From positions 2,197 to 66,196 of the forward strand of contig JAQBVR010000003.1 in assembly GCA_027623015.1 (NCBI GenBank): a stretch of 64,000 bases of DNA, written 5' to 3'. Below are positions 51,872 through 60,926 of the stretch, piece after piece. The stretch comes from a bacterium (lineage in GTDB: Bacteria > Patescibacteriota > Gracilibacteria > Peribacterales > Peribacteraceae). Numbering within the stretch: position 1 is the first letter of the stretch; each line of letters opens with the position of its first letter. The position numbers and the translations under genes are program-made. The notes under the pieces were generated by a model. The model had not been told where the DNA came from. It worked only from the letters and a program-made list of their open reading frames with translations, and made no database searches.

Positions 51872-52095
51872 TTCTTTTCTGAAACATCAGTACTTCGTCG
51901 AGCTCAGCAGAAACAAAAGAATGTTGTCATCTGCAAGCCTCACTCGAGCGATACTTGCTCATACGATCTGTACGGCTCTCAACCAAGCTGGCTGAGGCCA
52001 CTTGGCATTCGAGTACGAAGAGGATGAAACAGACAGATCCTTTCGCTCAAACAAGGGTGCAGATGACAAGAGGATTAGCGTTGCAGCACAGCTTC
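51872..52095 (+). repeat. Dispersed ~200-230-nt intergenic repeat, copy 1
   Basis: The first ~55 nt, TTCTTTTCTGAAACATCAGTACTTCGTCGAGCTCAGCAGAAACAAAAGAATGTT, are identical to 60700 onward. The rest is alignable but diverged. Confidence 0.85.
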
Positions 52096-52184
52096 AATTC
52101 CAGTATTTCATTGTAAATCTCTAATTAGACAATAAAATCTCACAATTCTCAAAACTACAAAAATATGGTATAATAATAGGGTAA

Positions 52185-53078
52185 ATGACCAAACTAATAC
52201 AAACACTCCGCTCTACTTGTATCTCGAAGCAAACACTGCTTACGGTGTTTAGCACACTGGTTGTTAGTCTAGGAGCTCTTCTTAGTGGATTACAGGTAGA
52301 GGCATACTTTAGTGGTGAGATTCGTAATTTGGAGCAAGGACAACGCAGATCGTCTTTATCAGATCGTCGTTCATTTGTCATGGCTCGCCACAGTGCAGCT
52401 CCAGATGATTTTCCATCATTTGAATGTGCGATCATGCCTTTTGGATTTGTGCCGCATTGGGGAAACATGCTTAGTGCGCAAGACTTGCAGAGAAACTTCT
52501 GTTCTATAGATCCAGGAGAGTTTGTGCCTATTCCTACGTACGATATTGCTACGCTTACACGACCGATGGATGAACTCAATCGTGTGCAGCGTACAGACGC
52601 TGTGTCCAATGCTATTACTGCTAAACTTTTCTACTCTACGCGCTTCATGGGAAGCTACGACTTAGATAGTGCCGAATTTAGTAATCCTCAACATCCAGCA
52701 ATGGACTTCAAGATGCCATTTGGCACTCCTATTCGTGCTGTTGCAGGGGGGATAGTCCATGCACTTCAGAAGCAGCAAAATGGTCTTGGTAATCTTGTTA
52801 TCATCGAACATCGTCTTCCTGATACACAAGAGCGTGTGTTCTCTATATATGGGCACATGGATATGCGACTTGTTGGTACAGGAGAGTCTGTCGAAGCTGG
52901 TCAGGTGATTGGGACGGTTGGTAACTCTGGACGCTCAACAAATCCACACCTCCACTTGCAGATCGACAAAGACCGGGGTCATGAGTTCCATACTCCATAC
53001 ACGGCTTCTGCCAATACGACTCGAGATGATGTGCTGAAGTGGACCATGCACCCTATGGATTTCATCAATACGTTTTAA
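52185..53078 (+). CDS. M23 family metalloendopeptidase
   Basis: HPAMDFKMPFGTPIRAVAGGIV, GHMDMRL, NPHLHLQI. TGGTATAAT lies 10 nt upstream of the ATG. Confidence 0.8.
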   Translation: MTKLIQTLRSTCISKQTLLTVFSTLVVSLGALLSGLQVEAYFSGEIRNLEQGQRRSSLSDRRSFVMARHSAAPDDFPSFECAIMPFGFVPHWGNMLSAQDLQRNFCSIDPGEFVPIPTYDIATLTRPMDELNRVQRTDAVSNAITAKLFYSTRFMGSYDLDSAEFSNPQHPAMDFKMPFGTPIRAVAGGIVHALQKQQNGLGNLVIIEHRLPDTQERVFSIYGHMDMRLVGTGESVEAGQVIGTVGNSGRSTNPHLHLQIDKDRGHEFHTPYTASANTTRDDVLKWTMHPMDFINTF

Positions 53079-53081
53079 CCA

Positions 53082-54302
53082 ATGGAAGGTGAACATCAAA
53101 CACTACTGAGCTTGCTTCTTATTTTGTCTTTCGGACTTATTGTTCCAGAACTGTTCAAGCGCACGATGCACTTACCGTTTGTTACTTCTCTTATTTTGAT
53201 TGGTTCAGTTCTAGGCCCTCATGGGTTTGACTACATAGAATCTAACGAGGTCATCAACTTCTTTGGCTTTCTTGGGTTTACGTTCCTCATGCTTATGGCA
53301 GGGCTTGAAACACATGTCAGTGAGGTAAAAAAATCTGCAGGGAAGATCTGCACTCTTGCTGTTATTAATGCGAGCATTCCCTTCGCTGTTGGGATTGGTA
53401 TTGGTCGTTTCTTTGGCTATAGCTGGCTCCAGTCTTTGCTTATCGGCACCATTTTCATCTCCTCGTCTGTTGCCATCATCATTCCATTTGTGAGTGCGAA
53501 AGGGTTTGGGTCAGATGTGCGTAAGCTCATGCTTCCAGCATTTGTTATACAAGACCTCTTTAGCATGATGATGCTTGCAAGCATCTTCCATGCGGTATCT
53601 CCTATGACAAGGTTTTCTCTTCCTGTATACTTCTTCGTTCTCTTCATATCTATAGCTGTGCTGTATATCACTGTTCCCATACTTGCGAACCATTTTGTTG
53701 GAAAGAAATTCCTGCGTAGACAGAAGAATCTCCATGAAGATGAGCTACGTTTTGTTTTAGTATTATTGATAGCAGTATTGTTGTATTTCTCTGCTCTAGG
53801 TGTGCATCCGATCTTAGCAGCATTCCTCGTTGGGATACTTCTTGCTGATGTGGTGACATCGAAGTCAATATCTACAAAGATCCACACACTAGGCTACGGA
53901 CTCTTTGTGCCAGTATTTTTCTTCATTGTTGGTATGGAGATGGATATGACGATATTTGCGAAGTTTAATCTGAGCAATCTTCTCGTTTTATCTATTGCTG
54001 CAGGATTAATTCTTTCTAAGTTTTTGAGTGGCTTCATTGCTGGTTCATTGATCGGCTTAAAGCCTTGTCGTGCCGCGCTCTTTGGGACTGTTTCTATGGC
54101 ACAGCTTACAACCACACTTGCAGCTGCATACGCAGCTGCGGCAGTAGGACTCTTCGATGAGACGCTCATTACTGCTATCGTTGCGATGACTATCATCACA
54201 AATGTATTAGTGCCTATAGGTTTGCAGGTGATTTTGCAGAAGAAGTATTCTCGCATTCGAAAATCTATCGCCCTCTCTGGGGCTACTGAAATACATCTGT
54301 AG
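53082..54302 (+). CDS. Cation:proton antiporter (CPA2-like)
   Basis: About 11-12 TM helices with a Na/H-exchanger-like layout (GPHGF, LMLMAGLE). Confidence 0.8.
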   Translation: MEGEHQTLLSLLLILSFGLIVPELFKRTMHLPFVTSLILIGSVLGPHGFDYIESNEVINFFGFLGFTFLMLMAGLETHVSEVKKSAGKICTLAVINASIPFAVGIGIGRFFGYSWLQSLLIGTIFISSSVAIIIPFVSAKGFGSDVRKLMLPAFVIQDLFSMMMLASIFHAVSPMTRFSLPVYFFVLFISIAVLYITVPILANHFVGKKFLRRQKNLHEDELRFVLVLLIAVLLYFSALGVHPILAAFLVGILLADVVTSKSISTKIHTLGYGLFVPVFFFIVGMEMDMTIFAKFNLSNLLVLSIAAGLILSKFLSGFIAGSLIGLKPCRAALFGTVSMAQLTTTLAAAYAAAAVGLFDETLITAIVAMTIITNVLVPIGLQVILQKKYSRIRKSIALSGATEIHL

Positions 54303-54378
54303 CGTCGATCTGATTTGGAGATTGAAAGATTAAGACTACTAAAATGATAGAAAGGAGATGAGTGATTGTTTTTAGTCA

Positions 54379-55473
54379 TTATTCTATAACAATCTCTCCC
54401 TTCATATCTGAGTGTCCACGACCACAGACGATGTCGCAGTAGAAGAGATACTTTCCTGGTGCAGCAGATGATGGGATCACAACAGAGATTATTTCTCCTG
54501 GCGATACTTGTTTATCGATACCAAGACCAGGGACAATAAATCCGTGTACTCCTCCTACTCCTCTTAACTTGAGTGTAACTGCTTCTCCTTGTTTGATGAG
54601 TATCGTGGATGGTGTAAAAAGCCAATTGTCTACGGTCATGTCTATCACTCTTGTTAGTGGTGTCAAGTTGAGGTTCATCGTAGGAGCTGGTGGTGGCACC
54701 ACTGCATTTGGTGCTGGTGATGGTGCTGGTGATGGTGGCGCAACGACAGGGCCAGAGGCGACAGGGGGAGGAGGTGTGACGGTCACCGATGGAGGTGGAG
54801 GTGGTGGAGGTGGAGGTGTTTGTTCTGTGTTCTGTGTTGTGGGTTGCGGGTTCTGGGTTGGGTTGAAAAGTTGATAGATAGCAATAGCCACATCTGCACG
54901 AGACAGTTGAATACCAGGAGCAAGGTATGTCGTACGGGCAGGGAAGATGTTGTATTGTTGAGCAACGCCAGCGTACTGAGCAAACCATGCATCAGCTGGA
55001 ACATCACTATAGCTATAGGGAAGATTTAGCTGTATCCCAAAAGCCAAGGTGATCATTTTGAGGAACTCTGCTGTATTGATACCTCTTTCAGGACGGAAGG
55101 AGAGGTCGGGGTATCCATTGATGATGCCATACTGCGCAGCAGACATGACAAACTGCGTATACCATTGTCCGTTGATTACATCGGTGAAGGAGTATTCATT
55201 TTGAATGTCATAGATAGTTTTACCAGCAGCGTTGAGGAGGATCTTTGCTGCTTGTGCTCTGTTTACGGGGAGCGACCCTTTGAACTCTCCATCTGGAAAC
55301 CCTCCGAGTACTCCAGCGTTGTAGAGAAAAGTAGCAGCCTTTCCTTCGAGGGATTGGATGTCTGTATCTGGAAAAGGATTCTCTTGTGCTTGGATTCTTT
55401 CTACGGAAACAGTAAGAAGTACTGCTAGTATTCCTGCTACTGCGATGGTAGATGATCTCTTTTTGTATCTCAT
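54379..55473 (-). CDS. Surface protein: signal peptide, SLH domains, poly-Pro linker and a CuA-type cupredoxin domain
   Basis: SLH-like FPD...GEFKG...VNRAQAAKIL and FTDV...WY..FV...GIINGY. Linker PPPPPPPPPS...PSPAPSPAP. C-terminal HGF-x32-C-x3-C-x3-H-x2-M (YCDIVCGRGHSDM). Confidence 0.75.
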   Translation of the reverse strand: MRYKKRSSTIAVAGILAVLLTVSVERIQAQENPFPDTDIQSLEGKAATFLYNAGVLGGFPDGEFKGSLPVNRAQAAKILLNAAGKTIYDIQNEYSFTDVINGQWYTQFVMSAAQYGIINGYPDLSFRPERGINTAEFLKMITLAFGIQLNLPYSYSDVPADAWFAQYAGVAQQYNIFPARTTYLAPGIQLSRADVAIAIYQLFNPTQNPQPTTQNTEQTPPPPPPPPPSVTVTPPPPVASGPVVAPPSPAPSPAPNAVVPPPAPTMNLNLTPLTRVIDMTVDNWLFTPSTILIKQGEAVTLKLRGVGGVHGFIVPGLGIDKQVSPGEIISVVIPSSAAPGKYLFYCDIVCGRGHSDMKGEIVIE

Positions 55474-55555
55474 GCATATAGTATTACAGGAAGTGTGTGG
55501 TCTGAGAATTATTTGCAATTGCTATACGGACTATAATTCGCGATAATAGATCGCG

Positions 55556-56146
55556 ATGTCTCTCTTGCGTTCTATTCTTACTGGCTCTCTCATCTCGGTT
55601 CTCCTTGCTCCGTCTGCTTTTGCCGTTACAAATATGGGACATCTTAACGTAGAAGGAACGTATGATAGTGCTGCTGAACTTGATGCGGCATGTCGAGCGT
55701 TATTGGGAGTAGGGCATAATGTCGAGCGAGATAACTCAGTATTGTTTCAAGTACGTCGATGCATCAATTCGTATTATAAGAAACAGAAGAATACAAGCAG
55801 AGGAGTTGCTCGATCAGCGCGAAGGCAACGCGTACACATGCAACTTTTTAAGAGAAGTGAAGGATACAAGGAGCGCCAAAACACTCGTCAGCGAAGTGAA
55901 GCTGCAGCCCAGATAAACCAACGATCTGCACAAGTGACCCGCTCCATACGTGATAGCAGAAAGATCTTCTCTCGAACTCGATCTCGTGAGCGTAGTAGTG
56001 TTCAGGCCAAAGAGCGTACAAATCGTGGTCGAATAGATTCAGAGCTTGCTGCAAAACGTTCCGCTCGACTCTTCTGTATGAACTATATTGGCTCTACTCG
56101 GTCTGACTGTGTAGAAAAAAGAATGGCTGAAATCCTAGAGTTCTAG
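55556..56146 (+). CDS. Hypothetical secreted, strongly basic R/S/Q-rich protein
   Basis: Signal peptide SLISVLLAPSAFA followed by a low-complexity basic region. Confidence 0.55.
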   Translation: MSLLRSILTGSLISVLLAPSAFAVTNMGHLNVEGTYDSAAELDAACRALLGVGHNVERDNSVLFQVRRCINSYYKKQKNTSRGVARSARRQRVHMQLFKRSEGYKERQNTRQRSEAAAQINQRSAQVTRSIRDSRKIFSRTRSRERSSVQAKERTNRGRIDSELAAKRSARLFCMNYIGSTRSDCVEKRMAEILEF

Positions 56147-56695
56147 GAAGAGCTTGTGTATCTCTGTGGTGTTTGTGACTTCTGGATGAAAAGTTCCTGC
56201 AAGGATCTTTCCTTGTTTGACCAAAATGGGATCACCGTTATGTGAGGCAAGTACATCTACACTTACTCCGATGTGCGTTATGCGTGGAGCGCGGATGAAT
56301 GCGACTTTGATGGGATCTTTCACTCCTTGGATCTCGATTTCTGCGTGGAAACTATTGAGCTGCGTGCCGTACGCATTGCGCTCTATTTGGACATTGAGAA
56401 GCTTCAATGTCTCTATTGATTCATCATTATCGATGCTTGTAGCAAGGAGTATCGCCCCTGCGCATGTTCCGTAGATTGGCATGCCTGTGTTTACCCTTTC
56501 CATGATGGCGGTATCAAATCCATTGATCTTAAGTAGTTTGCTGATGGTAGTGCTCTCACCCCCTGGCAAGATCAGTCGATCGACTTTGGCGAGATCTTTT
56601 ACTGTTCGTACTTCTATGTGGTGCACATCTAAAGACTGGCAAATAGCACAGTGTTCTGCGAAGTCACCCTGCAAAGCAAGCACACCTACTACCAT
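56135..56695 (-). CDS. pdxT: Pyridoxal 5'-phosphate synthase glutaminase subunit
   Basis: [22 protein letters not shown]. Confidence 0.92.
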   Translation of the reverse strand: MVVGVLALQGDFAEHCAICQSLDVHHIEVRTVKDLAKVDRLILPGGESTTISKLLKINGFDTAIMERVNTGMPIYGTCAGAILLATSIDNDESIETLKLLNVQIERNAYGTQLNSFHAEIEIQGVKDPIKVAFIRAPRITHIGVSVDVLASHNGDPILVKQGKILAGTFHPEVTNTTEIHKLFLEL

Positions 56696-57561
56696 CCTCT
56701 GTCTTGCATACGCGTCTCAAGCACGGGGATCTCCAGTCCTGGCATCGCACCTCCCAGATCAGTCGACACTTCGAGCAGTACCGCAGGGTCTGCAAAGTGT
56801 GTGGTTGCGCGAACGATGGCTTTGGCGCGCTCGGCTGGATTGTCGGACCTGAATATTCCAGATCCTACAAATACTCCTTCGGCTCCCATACCCATAAGCA
56901 GAGCAGCATCGGCAGGCGTAGCAATACCTCCTGCGACAAATGTCACAACAGGCAAACGTCTTGCTTCGCGGACTCGTTCTAGAGCATCGACAGTTATACG
57001 TTCCTTGATGGCAAAGTTTGCGAGCTGGCCATTGTCCATCTCTTCTAGGGAAGCTATCTCCTCCTGAATAAGACGCATGTGGCGAACAGCTTCGACGACA
57101 TTGCCAGTTCCAGGCTCGCCCTTGGTACGGATCATCGCTGCTCCTTCTTGGATACGACGCAATGCCTCACCAAGGTTCGTTGCTCCACAGACAAATGGCA
57201 CCTTAAATAACTTCTTGTCGATATGCTTAAATGGATCTGCTGGAGTTAGTACTTCACTTTCATCGATATAGTCTACTGCGAGCTCCTCAAGTATGCGTGC
57301 CTCTGCAGTATGCCCTATGCGCACCTTGGCCATCACGGGGATGGTGACTGCGGCCTGTATGGCTGCAATCATCTTGGGGTCGCTCATACGAGCGACTCCA
57401 CCCTGTTCACGTATGTCAGAGGGGATGCGCTCAAGGGCCATCACAGCGCATGCTCCAGCATCTTCTGCGATACGGGCTTGCTCTGGGTTCATCACATCCA
57501 TGATGACACCACCTTTGAACATCTTTGCAAAGTCTTGGCCGAGGGTGTTGTGAGCTTCCAT
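56689..57561 (-). CDS. pdxS: Pyridoxal 5'-phosphate synthase lyase subunit
   Basis: [55 protein letters not shown] lies 8 nt upstream of the ATG. Confidence 0.95.
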   Translation of the reverse strand: MEAHNTLGQDFAKMFKGGVIMDVMNPEQARIAEDAGACAVMALERIPSDIREQGGVARMSDPKMIAAIQAAVTIPVMAKVRIGHTAEARILEELAVDYIDESEVLTPADPFKHIDKKLFKVPFVCGATNLGEALRRIQEGAAMIRTKGEPGTGNVVEAVRHMRLIQEEIASLEEMDNGQLANFAIKERITVDALERVREARRLPVVTFVAGGIATPADAALLMGMGAEGVFVGSGIFRSDNPAERAKAIVRATTHFADPAVLLEVSTDLGGAMPGLEIPVLETRMQDRGW

Positions 57562-57614
57562 TGGTGAGGAGTATAGCGCTGAGTTCTACTCTATTGCTTT
57601 AAAATACCTCTTAT

Positions 57615-59207
57615 TTACAGCCCTGGACACTCCTTAGCAATTGCAGGATCTAAGTCTGCTTGGCCGTATTCTTTCTGGAAGTGAGCGGCAAATTGCTTCG
57701 CTAGTGTGTCTGCTGCTTCGTCGTAGGATGCTGCATCTGTCCAGGTATTGCGTGTCTGGAGGATGGAGTCATCGACGCTAGGGCAAGATGTTGGAATATC
57801 GAGGTGGAAGCGAGCATCGTGAGTGTACTCGACATCTACGATAGATCCATCCAAAGCTGCTGCAGTGACCGCACGAGTGATGGAGATGTCCATACGCTCT
57901 CCTGTACCGTATGCGCCGCCAGACCATCCAGTGTTTACGAGGTAGACTTGTGTGCCGTGGCTTTCCATCTTCTCTTTGAGCAAGGCTGCATACTTTGCTG
58001 GTGGGCAGGGCATAAACGGTGCACCAAAGAAACGAGAGAATGCTGCCTTAGGTGCTGTGATGCCTTGCTCAGTTCCTGCAAGTTTGCTGGTGTAGCCCAT
58101 CATGAACCAGAGCATGGCTTGAGAAGGACTCAGCTTTGCGATAGGAGGCAAGATGCCCGCAGCATCTGCAGTGAGAAAGATGATCGTCTTTGGATGTGTG
58201 CCAACTTGTCCTTCTTTGACATTGCTAAGGAAGGTGAGTGGGTAAGACGCACGAGAGTTTTCTGCGATGCGTCCGTCGTTGAGGTCGCAAACACCATTTG
58301 GATAGACCATAGCATTTTCGATGATACTTCCGTGCTGGTCAAATGGGCGTTTTTTGAATACTGCATCAAAGATCTGAGGCTCTTTACTTGGGTCGAGGTT
58401 GATGAGTTTGGCGTAGCAACCGTTTTCGAAGTTGGCGATGCCTTCGTTGCTCCATCCCATCTCGTCATCACCGATGAGTTTACGATCTGGAACATTGGAT
58501 ATCGTTGTCTTTCCTGTACCAGAGAGTCCGAGAAAGAGTGCTGTTGAGCCATCGTTTGCTTCGTTTGCGCTGCAGTGTAGTGGGAGGATCCCGTGTTCTG
58601 GGAGGAGGTAGTTCATGACAGTAAACATCATCTTCTTGATGCATCCACAGTATGAAGAGCCATAGATAAGTCCGATACGGCGGTCGAAGTCCATGGCAAC
58701 GACCTGCTTCTTTCCATATTCTTTGTTGTCGATGTAATCATGTGGGACACAGATGATCGTAAATCCAGCATCTGCAAAGATGCTATCGCTGATGTTGTCT
58801 GGCAGTGCGCGGAACATGTTGTCTGCGAAGAGCGTTGAGAGTGCATTGTCTGTGATGAGCTTTGTTGGCATAGCGTAGTCTGCATCTGCTCCAATACATC
58901 GATCCAATTCGTATATCCTTTCTTTATTCCTTAGCACTGCAAGAGCATCGCCTAATAGTGAATCGAACAATGCAGGAGTCATGGCTATGCACGCAGCTGC
59001 AGTCCAGTCGATGGTATCTGCTGTTTCTTCGTGTCGCACCATGTATGTTTCATTTGGGATACGACCAGTTGAGTGTGCAGGGTTCCACGTCGCAAGTGCT
59101 CCAGACTCTGCGATGATGGCATTTCTATGCTCAACAGATTGTGTGATGAGTGACGCACGGTCTAGGTTGGACCGAACATCGTGGTGGCTAGAAAGAAGGG
59201 ACTGCAT
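57615..59207 (-). CDS. pckA: Phosphoenolpyruvate carboxykinase (ATP)
   Basis: GLSGTGKTT, IGDDEMGW, NTGWSGG. Start taken at the ATG 1 nt after the upstream stop; the track start is 59297. Confidence 0.9.
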   Translation of the reverse strand: MQSLLSSHHDVRSNLDRASLITQSVEHRNAIIAESGALATWNPAHSTGRIPNETYMVRHEETADTIDWTAAACIAMTPALFDSLLGDALAVLRNKERIYELDRCIGADADYAMPTKLITDNALSTLFADNMFRALPDNISDSIFADAGFTIICVPHDYIDNKEYGKKQVVAMDFDRRIGLIYGSSYCGCIKKMMFTVMNYLLPEHGILPLHCSANEANDGSTALFLGLSGTGKTTISNVPDRKLIGDDEMGWSNEGIANFENGCYAKLINLDPSKEPQIFDAVFKKRPFDQHGSIIENAMVYPNGVCDLNDGRIAENSRASYPLTFLSNVKEGQVGTHPKTIIFLTADAAGILPPIAKLSPSQAMLWFMMGYTSKLAGTEQGITAPKAAFSRFFGAPFMPCPPAKYAALLKEKMESHGTQVYLVNTGWSGGAYGTGERMDISITRAVTAAALDGSIVDVEYTHDARFHLDIPTSCPSVDDSILQTRNTWTDAASYDEAADTLAKQFAAHFQKEYGQADLDPAIAKECPGL

Positions 59208-59208
59208 G

Positions 59209-60603
59209 CTAGTTGTGTGCGCTTGTGACTGGAGTGTTGTGCTCATGATTTGTAGAATTGGAAGAAAGTGAGGAGCAAGTGGTGTAGATATTTTCAAAAA
59301 GAGAAGGGATCAATTTAGTTGGAAGAGAGGAGTAGGCGATGCGAAGCTTGTTTCCTGTGGCTATCACTCCTGTGTCGTGTTGCTCAAGTAAGGTTTTGCG
59401 GACCTCTTCAGCATCGAGAGCATCGTTGAGCTGTACGCACATAAAGTAGCCTGAGTTGAAGGGGAGTGGCGTGAAGAATTCTGCGTATTTGGCTTCATCT
59501 AGCACTTCTTTCACGATCTTATAGCGCTTTTTTAGAAGCGTGTACTGCGTGAGCTTTTCTTCGTTGTAGCTTGGAGACTTGTATGTTTCGAGTAGGAGGC
59601 TCTGTGAGAGATGGCAGGCGTTTGAGATCGTAGAACGTACGGCTCCAGCGATTTTTGATGCAAATGCATCTGCACACTTCGTAGTCATACCTTTTGCTGC
59701 AACAGTGCAAAATCCGATGCGATGACCCCAGACGTAGTCTTCCTTTGTCGCTCCATCGACTTTCACAGCTAGTACGTTCTCATGAAGAGTGGCCAGTGGT
59801 GCAAAGATAGACTCGGTATAGACACCATCTTCATAGACGAGTCCGAAGTATGCATCATCGATGATGATAACAAGATGATCTCCCGCTTCTGCACGCTCTT
59901 TGATGATGTTGAGTATTTTTTCTACTTCTGCATTCGTTGGTGTGTAGCCCGTAGGGTTGTTTGGGAAGTTGAGTAATAGCACTTTCTTTCCTGTGTCTTG
60001 TGAGAGTATGTCTCGGAGACTCTCCGTATCAAATCCGCCATCCGTAAATGTATTGAAGGTCTGCAGCTCAGTTCCATAGACGGTATTGAACATCAGGTTG
60101 TAGTTTCCCCAGAAGAGATCTGGAAGGATGAGATTTTCGCCTGGATCAAGAAAGAGATATGCAGCCATGCTCAGACTGTGAGTGAGTCCATTGGTTACAA
60201 CTGGCATGCTAGTTTCACCTTCGAGGCTAGGGTTCTTTTCGTGGATCATCTCTGCCCATTTTTCACGGAGTGGTTGTTTGCCATAGCTCGATGCGTAAGG
60301 GTACACAGCGCTTGGATCCATGTTGATGAGGTGATCCATGGAGGGGAGTCGCATGGGAGTGTTGTCATCATCTAGTGCTATGCCGATCGTTGCATTGAAC
60401 TTCTTTCCCTTTGCCTCTGCGGTTTGCCCGAGTATGCCACCGCTAGGAAAAAAGACATTTTTTCCACGTACAGACAGAAGCTCGAATAACCTTGGATTGT
60501 CCGCAGTTATTTCGTCGTTGAGTTTTTGTGCAAGAGGGTGCAGATTTGATAGTGGAAGTAGATTAAGTACAGGCAGAATAGTGGCAAATTTAGAGGTCGG
60601 CAA
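59209..60603 (-). CDS. Class I/II PLP-dependent aminotransferase (aspartate aminotransferase-like)
   Basis: FPNNPTGYTPT, DDAYFGLVY, ATKEDYVWGHRIGF. Confidence 0.8.
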   Translation of the reverse strand: MPTSKFATILPVLNLLPLSNLHPLAQKLNDEITADNPRLFELLSVRGKNVFFPSGGILGQTAEAKGKKFNATIGIALDDDNTPMRLPSMDHLINMDPSAVYPYASSYGKQPLREKWAEMIHEKNPSLEGETSMPVVTNGLTHSLSMAAYLFLDPGENLILPDLFWGNYNLMFNTVYGTELQTFNTFTDGGFDTESLRDILSQDTGKKVLLLNFPNNPTGYTPTNAEVEKILNIIKERAEAGDHLVIIIDDAYFGLVYEDGVYTESIFAPLATLHENVLAVKVDGATKEDYVWGHRIGFCTVAAKGMTTKCADAFASKIAGAVRSTISNACHLSQSLLLETYKSPSYNEEKLTQYTLLKKRYKIVKEVLDEAKYAEFFTPLPFNSGYFMCVQLNDALDAEEVRKTLLEQHDTGVIATGNKLRIAYSSLPTKLIPSLFENIYTTCSSLSSNSTNHEHNTPVTSAHN

Positions 60604-60699
60604 CTTAGTGATGTTCTATCTGATGCTAGGTATAGAATCAGTCTATTCTAAGCGCAAAGATTAGTGTTTATGAAGTGATATTTCTTGCAGAAGCCTTCA

Positions 60700-60921
60700 T
60701 TCTTTTCTGAAACATCAGTACTTCGTCGAGCTCAGCAGAAACAAAAGAATGTTCGTCATCTGTGTTCTCACTCGGAGTTATTTGCTAGTGATGTTATGTG
60801 CGCTCTATCGACCAAGCTGACCTGCGGGTCACTTGGCACTCCTCGCTAGATGATCCTCCTATCGTAACTCCTCGTTCAGACAAGGGACAGATGACAAGAG
60901 AAGCAGCGTTGCGGCACTGCC
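60700..60921 (+). repeat. Dispersed ~200-230-nt intergenic repeat, copy 2
   Basis: See copy 1. Confidence 0.85.
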
Positions 60922-60926
60922 TTACT

